From: Candidatus Sericytochromatia bacterium
GTDB taxonomy: Bacteria; Cyanobacteriota; Sericytochromatia; S15B-MN24; JAQBPE01
DNA length: 59,438 nt
Assembly (NCBI GenBank): GCA_035285125.1
Contig: JAYKHR010000061.1
Span: 1-59,438, forward strand
Direction: 5' to 3'
The notes below the pieces were generated by a model. It did no database searches, was not told where the DNA came from, and saw nothing but the letters and a program-made list of their open reading frames with translations. Numbering within the stretch: position 1 is the stretch's first letter; each line of letters starts with the position of its first letter. Below, in pieces: positions 1 to 8,144 of the stretch. The position numbers and the translations under genes are program-made.

Positions 1-1
1 A

Positions 2-313
2 TGGTGCCAGGCCCTCGCGCCGACAGAGCTGGATCACCTTGTGGGCCGTGAAGGTCATCTGGCGTGAGGTGTTCCCCTGGCCCGTGAGCTCGCCGCGGAT
101 TTCCAGGTAGTCGCCCGCGTACACGGGGGCCTTGAACTCGACGCTGTCGTAGGCCACGAACAGCCCCTCGTCGCCATCGAGGCGGATCAGGAGCTCGGTG
201 GCGACGTCACCGAAGAACTCCATCATCTTGGCGCCGGCCACGAGGCCGCCGGCATAGTGGGCGTCGTGCTCGCCGAGGCGCACGCGCAGGAAGCTGGTGA
301 TGGGGGTGGTCAC
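2..313 (-). CDS. kal: Hotdog-fold 3-aminobutyryl-CoA/beta-alanyl-CoA ammonia-lyase (Kal-like); partial, runs off window start
   Basis: Manual translation of the minus strand from GTG at 313 (RBS AAGGAGG upstream): [71 protein letters not shown]. The DAHY-GG-LV-GA...[17 protein letters not shown] signature is typical of Kal. Not in the ORF track because it is truncated. Confidence 0.8.
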   Translation of the reverse strand, partial: MTTPITSFLRVRLGEHDAHYAGGLVAGAKMMEFFGDVATELLIRLDGDEGLFVAYDSVEFKAPVYAGDYLEIRGELTGQGNTSRQMTFTAHKVIQLCRREGLAP

Positions 314-444
314 GGGGATCCTCCTTGTCTGGTTGGTGGCATACCCGCAGGGCGGGGGGCCGTTGAGCGCTGGCTGCCTACAGTCCCTTTGAACCTTCGT
401 CCCCGCTGGCGCCGGGGCGCCCTTCCCGCTACGATCGCCGGGCT

Positions 445-1623
445 GTGCCCCACTTGCTGCTGATCTCGAATGGCCACGGCGAGGACGCGATCGGCGTGCG
501 CCTCGCCGCCGCGTTGCGAGAGTCGGGCTGCACCATCGAGGCGTTGCCGATCGTGGGCACCGGGCAGGCCTACGTCGGAGGTGGGGTGCCCCTGGCGGGG
601 CCCACGGCCGTGATGCCCAGCGGGGGCTTCATCCACGGCCGGCCGGTCCACCTGGCGCGGGACCTGCGCCACGGCCTGCTCAGCCTCACGCGGGCCCAGT
701 GGGCGGCCGTGCGCGCGGGGCGGGGGCGCTGGCACGCCGTGCTGGCCGTCGGCGACGTGGTGCCCCTCGCCTTTGCGTGGGGCAGCGGGCTTCCCTTCGG
801 CTTCGTGGGGTGCGCCAAGTCCGACTGGTACTTGGGGGGGCGGCCCGTGGCCTATGGCTGGCACGAGCGCTGGCTGCTCCGGCGGCCTGCCTGCCTGGGG
901 GTCTGGCCCCGGGACGCCCTCACCACGGGGCACCTGGTGGCCGCGGGCGTCCGGGCCGCCTGGCTGGGCAACCCGATGATGGATGCCCTCGGGCCGACGG
1001 GCCGAGCGCTGCCGGCCCCCGAGGCGATCCAGACGGTGCTCCTGCTGCCTGGCAGCCGCCAGGAGGCCCCCCGCAACCTGGCGCGTCTCGCCGAGGCCGT
1101 CGTGCGGTTGCAGCGGCCGGGGCGACGCTTCCTGGCAGCCCTGGCCGCCTCGCCCGAGGGAGAGGGCTGGGCGCCGCCGGGCTGGACGCGCGGCGAGGGC
1201 GGGGCGCTGCGGCACCCCGATGGCGCCACGATCTGGCTGAGGGCGGGGGCCTTTTCCGACGTGGCGCACGCGGCCGACGTGGCCCTTGCGATGGCAGGTA
1301 CGGCGACGGAGCAGGTCGTGGGCCTCGGCAAGCCCGCTGTGGCCCTGCCCGGGCCTGGCCCTCAGTTCACGCGCCCCTTCGCGCGGGCTCAGGTGCGGCT
1401 GCTGGGCGAGGCCGTCCTGCTCGCCGACACCCCCGCTGACGCCGCGAGCCTGGTCGAGCACCTGCTGGCGGCCCCCGAGGAGCGGGCGCGGCGCGGGGCC
1501 GTCGGGGCGGCGCGCATGGGGCCTCCGGGGGCGAGTCGGCGAATCACCGAGGCCCTGCTGGCAGCGCTGGCCGGGCCGGAGGGCGGAGCCGTGGGGGGGC
1601 GCTTGAGGGAGGAACCTCCCTGA
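445..1623 (+). CDS. Lipid-A-disaccharide synthase (LpxB)-related protein, TIGR03492-like
   Basis: Motifs [58 protein letters not shown], as in the cyanobacterial LpxB-like family. Confidence 0.8.
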   Translation: MPHLLLISNGHGEDAIGVRLAAALRESGCTIEALPIVGTGQAYVGGGVPLAGPTAVMPSGGFIHGRPVHLARDLRHGLLSLTRAQWAAVRAGRGRWHAVLAVGDVVPLAFAWGSGLPFGFVGCAKSDWYLGGRPVAYGWHERWLLRRPACLGVWPRDALTTGHLVAAGVRAAWLGNPMMDALGPTGRALPAPEAIQTVLLLPGSRQEAPRNLARLAEAVVRLQRPGRRFLAALAASPEGEGWAPPGWTRGEGGALRHPDGATIWLRAGAFSDVAHAADVALAMAGTATEQVVGLGKPAVALPGPGPQFTRPFARAQVRLLGEAVLLADTPADAASLVEHLLAAPEERARRGAVGAARMGPPGASRRITEALLAALAGPEGGAVGGRLREEPP

Positions 1624-1745
1624 CGCTTGTCACGCCGCGGCTGCCTCCGCAGCGTGGTTTCAAGACCCAGGCAGGCCGCGCCTGCCAGCGGGGCCTGGCC
1701 GTTTTGCCCTGGTGGCCGATCCCCGGGGCCGGTAGACTCCGGCCC

Positions 1746-2537
1746 ATGGCTCCCCGTTCCCGGCCCCGCGCGAGGCCCCGTCCTGTTGCCCCGGCCACGC
1801 CCCGGCCCCAGGCTGCGGACGGCGTCGGGGCGATGGCGGCGGACCTCGCGCTGCCGGGCGGGCACCGCGACGTCGTGGGCCACGAGCTGCGCACCCCGCT
1901 GAACTTCATCGTGGGCTATGGCTCCTTGCTGGCGGACGGCGCCTACGGCGAGCTGCCCCCGGGCGCGCGGGAGGCCGTCGCGCGGATCCTGGACGGCGCC
2001 GATCGCTTGGCTCGCCTCGTGGATGACTTGCTCACCGTGTCCCAGCTCGCGGGCGGTGGCGTGCCCGTTGTGCCCGCGCCGGTGGACTGTGGGGAGCTCG
2101 TCCGCGGCCTGGTCCTGGAATTCGAGCCGCAGGCGCGTGGCCTGGGCTTGGGCCTGACGCACGAGGCGCCGTCCACGGGCCCGACGCTCCACACCGATCC
2201 CCAGCGCCTGCGCGAGGCCCTGCGACACCTGCTGGGCAACGCCCTGAAGTTCACCCCGCGCGGGGGCGCCGTCCACCTCGCCGCAGCCGGGGAGGGGCGA
2301 TGCGTGCGGTTCGTCGTCCGGGACACCGGCATCGGCATCCCGAAGGCTTGCCAGCGCCGCATCTTCGACCGGTTCTACCAGGTCGATGGCGGCCTGACGC
2401 GGCGCTACGGAGGGGCGGGCCTGGGGTTGGCGATTGCCCGGGGCCAGATCGAGGCGCTCGGTGGCACCATCGAGGTGGCCTCGGAGCCAGCCTGCGGGGC
2501 TTGCTTCACCGTGACCGTCCCGGTCGTGCGACGCTGA
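1746..2537 (+). CDS. Sensorless cytoplasmic histidine kinase (HisKA + HATPase_c)
   Basis: H box HELRTPL, N box LLGNALKFT, G1 DTGIGI, F box IFDRFYQ, G2 GAGLGLAI. Start is uncertain (1704/1746/1833). Confidence 0.8.
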   Translation: MAPRSRPRARPRPVAPATPRPQAADGVGAMAADLALPGGHRDVVGHELRTPLNFIVGYGSLLADGAYGELPPGAREAVARILDGADRLARLVDDLLTVSQLAGGGVPVVPAPVDCGELVRGLVLEFEPQARGLGLGLTHEAPSTGPTLHTDPQRLREALRHLLGNALKFTPRGGAVHLAAAGEGRCVRFVVRDTGIGIPKACQRRIFDRFYQVDGGLTRRYGGAGLGLAIARGQIEALGGTIEVASEPACGACFTVTVPVVRR

Positions 2538-2661
2538 CGCTGGGGGCGGCGGGGAGGGCCTCCGTCAGCGTGGCGGCGGCCAGCGTCGTGCCGCCGGGGG
2601 GGCCTGCCCTGTTCTCTCCCGAGACACGTGGGCGGCCACGCGGGCTTCCCACCCCCGGCCC

Positions 2662-2690
2662 TTGCCCGCCGAGGGCCCCCCCGGTATGAT
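2662..2690 (+). promoter_or_regulatory. Sigma70-type promoter of ndk
   Basis: TTGCCC-17 bp-TATGAT, 48 bp upstream of the ndk ATG. Confidence 0.55.
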
Positions 2691-2738
2691 GCGGGCGCGT
2701 TTCGCACCATCTCTGCCCGCTTTTTACCAGGAGACCCC

Positions 2739-3200
2739 ATGAGCGCCACCACCGAACGTACCTTCCTCGCCGTCAAGCCGGACGGCGTCCAGCGCGGCCT
2801 CGTCGCCGAGATCATCGGCCGCTTCGAGCGCAAGGGCTTCAAGCTCGTCGGCCTGAAGCTGATGCAGGTCACCCGCGAGATCGCCGAGTCCCACTACGGC
2901 GAGCACAAGGGCAAGCCCTTCTTCGAGGGCCTCGTGGGCTTCATCACGAACGGGCCCATCGTGGCGATGGCCTGGGAGGGTCCGAACGTGATCGCGACGG
3001 CCCGCAAGATGATGGGCGCCACCAACCCGGCGAACGCCGAGTCCGGCACGATCCGCGGCGACTTCTCGGTGGACATCGGCCGCAACGTGATCCACGGGTC
3101 GGACGGCCCTGAGAGCGCGGCACGCGAGCTCGGCATCTTCTTCAAGGCCGATGAGCTCGTGGGCTGGGAGCGCGCCAGCGAGACCTGGATCCGCGAGTAG
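2739..3200 (+). CDS. ndk: Nucleoside diphosphate kinase
   Basis: [31 protein letters not shown] catalytic His motif; RBS AGGAG. Confidence 0.97.
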   Translation: MSATTERTFLAVKPDGVQRGLVAEIIGRFERKGFKLVGLKLMQVTREIAESHYGEHKGKPFFEGLVGFITNGPIVAMAWEGPNVIATARKMMGATNPANAESGTIRGDFSVDIGRNVIHGSDGPESAARELGIFFKADELVGWERASETWIRE

Positions 3201-3392
3201 CCTGCTGAAGGCTCCCAGCGCCTCCCCGACGCCGTCGTGGGAGGCGCTGGCCGTTTCCGGGGGGAACGGCGCCTGCAGGCCGCCGGCGGCGCTCCACCGG
3301 GTTCCGTGACGGCGGTTTTTGAACGGCCCTTCGGCCATCGGGTGGCCGCACGGTATGATGGGCGCCGTCCCTGTTGCCACTGGAAGGCCTCG

Positions 3393-4691
3393 ATGTCCGC
3401 GACCCCTCGCCGCCTGTTACTCCTCCTCGCGCCGCTGCTTGGGGTGTTGCTGAGCCTGCCTCCGGGCTGGGCCCAGGAGCCGGGTGGCCTGCCTCCCGGT
3501 GGGGCCGGCCAGCCGGCGAGCTCGGCCGCCGCAGATCCGCTCGAGGGTCTTGGCACGGCGCAGCCCGTCGGTGAGCCCGGGCAGGGCTCGGCCGAGCCGC
3601 AGGCCGGCGAGGCGGGAGCGGGGCACGGCGCTGAAGAGCCGCCGACGCACGGCGCCCACGATGACACCCCCCTCGGCATCTCGGCAGGGGTGGTGCGGCG
3701 GGTCTCACCAGGCGAGGGGGCGGGCGAGCGCTTGCTTTCCGTGGAACTCACGGCCGGCGAGTCGGCGGGTAAAACCGTGACTGTCGTCCAGCGCGGCGGC
3801 GGGCCGCAGGGCCTGGAGTTGCCCGTCGGCCCAGGGGACCGCGTGGTGCTGACGGCCGTGCCCACCGAGGAGGCGGGCGAGTTCGACTGGCAGGTCGTCG
3901 ACTACCAGCGCGGCCACGTCACGCTGGGCCTGATCGGCCTGACGGCCTTGCTCATCTTGGGCGTGGGGGGCTGGCGCGGCCTGAAGACGCTTGCCGTGCT
4001 GGGCTTCACCGGGGTGGCGATTGCCGGGATCCTGCTGCCCCTGACGCTCCGAGGCTGGTCGCCGTTGCCGCTCGCCGTGCTGCTCGCCGCGGGCGTTTCC
4101 GTCACCACCACCCTGCTCACCAGCGGGGCGGGGCGCAAGACCTGGGCAGCCGTCTTGGGAACCACCGGCGCGATCGCCCTGGCAGCCCTCCTTGCTGCCG
4201 TCTTCGTGACGCTGGGGCGGCTCTCGGGGCTGGCGAGCGAGGAGGCGCTGATGGCGCACGCGGGCCACGCCGCCATCGACGCGCCCGGCCTGCTCGCCGC
4301 GAGCGTGCTGGTGGGGGCCCTCGGCGTGATCCTCGATCTGTCGCTCTCGATCGCCGCCGCCGTCGACGAACTTCGCCGCGCCAACCCGCAGCTGCCGCGC
4401 CGGGCGCTGCTGCAGGCGGGCTGGGAGGTCGGCCGGGACCTGCTGTCGACGACCGCCAACACGCTCCTGCTGGCCTACTTGGGAGGGTTCCTGCCGGTGC
4501 TGCTCTCGCTCGGGGTGCAGCCGATGGGCTGGCTCCGGCTTGGCCACCTCGAGGCGATCAACGTCTTCGGCACGACCCTGCTCGTCGGGCTGTGTGGGCT
4601 GGTGCTCGCCGTCCCGCTGACGGCCTTCGCGGCGGCCCGGCTCGCCTCGCCAGCCTCGCCACGAGTTCAACCAGGGACAACCGAATTTTAA
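3393..4691 (+). CDS. YibE/F family membrane protein
   Basis: Signal peptide, low-complexity linker, DYQR followed by multiple TM helices; GALGVILD..SIAAAV.EL, G..VGRD..STTANTLLLAY.G typical of YibE/F. Confidence 0.85.
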   Translation: MSATPRRLLLLLAPLLGVLLSLPPGWAQEPGGLPPGGAGQPASSAAADPLEGLGTAQPVGEPGQGSAEPQAGEAGAGHGAEEPPTHGAHDDTPLGISAGVVRRVSPGEGAGERLLSVELTAGESAGKTVTVVQRGGGPQGLELPVGPGDRVVLTAVPTEEAGEFDWQVVDYQRGHVTLGLIGLTALLILGVGGWRGLKTLAVLGFTGVAIAGILLPLTLRGWSPLPLAVLLAAGVSVTTTLLTSGAGRKTWAAVLGTTGAIALAALLAAVFVTLGRLSGLASEEALMAHAGHAAIDAPGLLAASVLVGALGVILDLSLSIAAAVDELRRANPQLPRRALLQAGWEVGRDLLSTTANTLLLAYLGGFLPVLLSLGVQPMGWLRLGHLEAINVFGTTLLVGLCGLVLAVPLTAFAAARLASPASPRVQPGTTEF

Positions 4692-4775
4692 CCAGGGCTT
4701 CATCGGACCTCGACAAGTTCCGCGTCGCGCGGCCGGATAGCTTCGGAAAGACCCCGTAGCCCCCGGAGGTACCCG

Positions 4776-6035
4776 ATGTCGTTCCGCAAGCCGCTTCCCT
4801 CGATGGTGCTCGCCCTCGTGGCCACGATGGCCGTGAGCGCCTGTGGCGGCAACATCACGGCGTCGCGCCCGGGCCTCAAGGCTGCGAGCCGCGTCGAGCG
4901 GCCTGTCATGCAGGCGAAGAACGCCTACGCCGAGGCGCCCGCCGAGGTGGTCGTGACCACCGACGCCACCGTGCCCGCCCCCCGGGAGCTCGCCGGCGGC
5001 AGGGTCGTCGACCGCTTCGAGTTCGGCGGAACGGCCTGGCACCTGGTCGACGTGGGCCAGCGCTCGCTCGTCCAGCGCGCCGTCGCCCTGCTGCGCGGCC
5101 AGCCCGGCGTGCGAGCGGCGGACGCCAACACGATGGTCTACGCCCTGAACTCGCCGCTCTCGGGCGAGGCGCCCGACGATGAGTACTTCCCGTTGCAGTA
5201 CGGGTTGCTGCAGAAGAGCATCCACCTCGCGTGGCGCAACCCGCTGGGGGACACCGTGGTCGGCGTCGTCGACACGGGCGTGGACTACACCCACCCCGAC
5301 CTCAAGGAGCGCGTGGCGATGGGGGCCGACCTCACCTTCAAACCCGGCCGTATCTTCAACCGCAAGGACAAGAACGGGCCGATGGACGACAACGGCCATG
5401 GCACGCACTGCGCGGGCATCATCGGGGCCATCGCGAACAACGGCATCGGCATCGCCGGCGTGGCCCCAGGCGTCAAGATCTTGGCAGAGAAGGCCCTGGA
5501 CGCGCGGGGGGCGGGCAGCAGCTACGACGTCATGAAGGGCGTGGCGCACGCCATCACCAATGGCGCCAAGATCGTCAGCCTCAGCGTGGGTGGCACGGCG
5601 ACGACGAGCGCCGACCGCAAGTTCTACGAGGCCACGGTCCAGAGCGGCGCGCTGATCATTGCCGCCGCTGGCAACAGCTCTGACGCCCTGGGCTTCCCGG
5701 CCGCCTACCCGGGCGTGCTGTCCGTCGGGGCGACGGACAGCGCCGGGGCACTCGCGCGGTTCTCGAACCACGACATCTCGATGAGCCTCACGGCGCCAGG
5801 GGTGGGCGTGCTGTCCACCATGCCCGGGGACGCCTATGCCAAGATGAGCGGCACCTCGATGGCGGCGCCCTTCGTCGCCGGCGTGGCTGCCCTCGTCTGG
5901 GCCAAGCACCCCGACTGGACGGCTCAGCAGGTGAAGGAGCACCTGGAGCGGACGGCCTCGGACCGCGGTGCGCCCGGCGTGGACCCGTTGTTCGGCCACG
6001 GCGAGGTCGACCCGGCTGCGGCGCTGGGCCTCTGA
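4776..6035 (+). CDS. Subtilisin-family (S8) serine protease, predicted lipoprotein
   Basis: Lipobox VSAC; triad motifs VVDTG, HGTHCAG, SGTSMAAP; oxyanion AAGN; RBS GGAGG. Confidence 0.92.
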   Translation: MSFRKPLPSMVLALVATMAVSACGGNITASRPGLKAASRVERPVMQAKNAYAEAPAEVVVTTDATVPAPRELAGGRVVDRFEFGGTAWHLVDVGQRSLVQRAVALLRGQPGVRAADANTMVYALNSPLSGEAPDDEYFPLQYGLLQKSIHLAWRNPLGDTVVGVVDTGVDYTHPDLKERVAMGADLTFKPGRIFNRKDKNGPMDDNGHGTHCAGIIGAIANNGIGIAGVAPGVKILAEKALDARGAGSSYDVMKGVAHAITNGAKIVSLSVGGTATTSADRKFYEATVQSGALIIAAAGNSSDALGFPAAYPGVLSVGATDSAGALARFSNHDISMSLTAPGVGVLSTMPGDAYAKMSGTSMAAPFVAGVAALVWAKHPDWTAQQVKEHLERTASDRGAPGVDPLFGHGEVDPAAALGL

Positions 6036-6050
6036 GCCAAGCTGCCTCCA

Positions 6051-6078
6051 CGCCCCCTGGCTTGCCAGGGGGCGTTCT
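6051..6078 (+). terminator. Hairpin, probable terminator after the S8 protease
   Basis: CGCCCCCTGG-CTTG-CCAGGGGGCG 10-bp stem followed by TTCT. Confidence 0.55.
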
Positions 6079-6148
6079 CGTGTCGGCCTGGCAGGGTTTA
6101 CATCCGGGAGAGGCCCGGCCATGATGGCGGGCGCCAGGAGGTGACGCC

Positions 6149-6808
6149 ATGTCGAACCCCCCCACCGTCGCGGGTCGCGTCGTCCAGCTCGACCACCCCC
6201 TCGTCGTGACGGCGCTCGCCGAGATGCGCCACAAGGACACGCCCACGCCCCGCTTCCGGGCCCGCGTCCGGGAGCTGGCCAAGTTCCTGATCTACGAGGC
6301 CACGCGCGACCTGGAGACGGACCCCATCGCCGTGCCCACCCCGCTGGCCGTCACGGAGGGGCGCACGTTGGGCGAGCGCCCCTTGATCGTCGCGCCGATC
6401 CTGCGCGCGGGGCTCGCCATGATGGAGCCCGCCACCGAGCTGCTGCCCGAGGCCCAGGTCCGCCACATTGGGCTTTATCGCAACGAGGAAACGCTGCAGC
6501 CCGTCGAATACTACCTCAAGCTTCCGGGCGAGATCGGCGCGGACGCCACGGTGCTGATCCTCGACCCGATGCTGGCGACGGGCGGCTCGGCCACGGCCAC
6601 CATCGAGGCCTTCAAGCGTCGCAAGGCCCAACGCATCAAGTTCCTGTGCCTGATCGCGGCCCCCGAGGGCGTCCGGAACGTCCACGCGGCGCATCCGGAC
6701 GTGCCCATCTACTGCGTCTCGGTCGACTCGCACCTCAACGAACTGGGCTACATCGTGCCGGGCCTGGGCGATGCCGGAGACCGCGCCTTCGGCACGGCCC
6801 ACACCTGA
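6149..6808 (+). CDS. upp: Uracil phosphoribosyltransferase
   Basis: PILRAG, HIGLYRNEETL, PRPP motif LILDPMLATGGS, YIVPGLGDAGDR. Confidence 0.96.
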   Translation: MSNPPTVAGRVVQLDHPLVVTALAEMRHKDTPTPRFRARVRELAKFLIYEATRDLETDPIAVPTPLAVTEGRTLGERPLIVAPILRAGLAMMEPATELLPEAQVRHIGLYRNEETLQPVEYYLKLPGEIGADATVLILDPMLATGGSATATIEAFKRRKAQRIKFLCLIAAPEGVRNVHAAHPDVPIYCVSVDSHLNELGYIVPGLGDAGDRAFGTAHT

Positions 6809-6821
6809 GGGACGGTTCCCG

Positions 6822-8069
6822 ATGCGCGCTGAGATCGTCTGCGTTGGCACCGAACTGCTCATCGGGCAGATCGTGAACACCAATGCGACGTGGCTGGCCC
6901 GGGAGCTGGCTGCCCTGGGCATCTCCGTGTGCTGGATGACGACGGTGGGGGACAACGCCGAGCGCCTCGACGACGCTCTCGGCCGGGCGGCCTCCCGCGC
7001 CGAGGTCGTGCTCGTGACGGGGGGCCTCGGTCCCACGCCCGACGACATCACGATGGAGGCCCTGGCCCGGCTCGTGGGGGAGCCCCTCGCCGAGCGGCCC
7101 GAGGCGCGCAGCCATCTGGAGCGCTGGTTCGCGGCCCGCCAGCGCCCGATGTCGCCTTCCAACCTGAAGCAAACTCTGTTTCCGGCCTCCGCGGAGCTGA
7201 TCCCGAACCCCACCGGCACCGCCCTGGGGACGGCTCTGCGCCACGGGGCGGCGTGGCTGCTGGCGTTTCCGGGCGTGCCGGCCGAGCTCGAGGCGATGTG
7301 GCACGCCTGGGCCCGGCCTCGGCTCGCCGCCCTCGGTGGCGGCACGATCCGCTCGGTGTTGCTGCGCTACGTGGGGCTCGGCGAGTCCGTGCTGGCGGAG
7401 CAGGTGGCGGACCTGCTGACGGGGGCCAACCCCTCGGTGGCCCCCTACGCGGGGGACGGCGAGGTGCACCTGCGCGTCACGGCCCGGGCGGCGGACGGGG
7501 CGGCGGCCGAGGCGGCGATGGCCCCCGTGCTGGCCCGGTTGAGGGCGATCGCCCCGTACTACTATGGCGAAGACGGCCTCACGCTGCCGGCCGCCGTGGG
7601 CGAGCGGCTGCTGGCCGCCGGCGAGACGGTGGCGACGGCGGAGTCCTGCACCGGGGGCCTCGTGGCGAGCCGGCTGACGGACGTGCCTGGCAGCAGCCGC
7701 TGGCTGCGAGGGGGCGTCGTGGCCTACATGACGGACGTCAAGCAGGCGCTGCTCGGCGTCGACGTGGCCCTGCTCGAGCGGCACGGGGTGGTCAGCGAGG
7801 AGGTCGCGGCCGCGATGGCCCAGGGGGCGCGGGCCGCCCTCGGGGCGACGTGGGGCATCGGGATCACGGGCTGGGCGGGCCCTGCCCCGGGGCTGACGGC
7901 CGACGAGGTGGGGCTGGTGTGCGTGGCGGTCGCGGGGCCGAATGGGGCCACCTCGCAGCGCGTGCGCTATGGCCCGATGGGACGGGCCGTGGTCAAGCAG
8001 CGGGCCTCTCAAGGGGCGCTCGACCTCCTCCGGAGGCGCATGGACGCTTGCTTGCGCCCTGGTGGTTAA
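6822..8069 (+). CDS. cinA: Competence/damage-inducible protein CinA (MoCF domain + PncC NMN deamidase)
   Basis: MRAEIVCVGTELLIGQIVNTNA, GGLGPTPDDIT, ATAESCTGG, HGVVSEEVA..MA.G. Confidence 0.93.
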   Translation: MRAEIVCVGTELLIGQIVNTNATWLARELAALGISVCWMTTVGDNAERLDDALGRAASRAEVVLVTGGLGPTPDDITMEALARLVGEPLAERPEARSHLERWFAARQRPMSPSNLKQTLFPASAELIPNPTGTALGTALRHGAAWLLAFPGVPAELEAMWHAWARPRLAALGGGTIRSVLLRYVGLGESVLAEQVADLLTGANPSVAPYAGDGEVHLRVTARAADGAAAEAAMAPVLARLRAIAPYYYGEDGLTLPAAVGERLLAAGETVATAESCTGGLVASRLTDVPGSSRWLRGGVVAYMTDVKQALLGVDVALLERHGVVSEEVAAAMAQGARAALGATWGIGITGWAGPAPGLTADEVGLVCVAVAGPNGATSQRVRYGPMGRAVVKQRASQGALDLLRRRMDACLRPGG

Positions 8070-8144
8070 CGTGTTTTCGTGTTAAATTTAACGAAGCGTT
8101 CACCTGATGGGCCCGCCTGACCCGGGCCGGGAGACACACACGTC

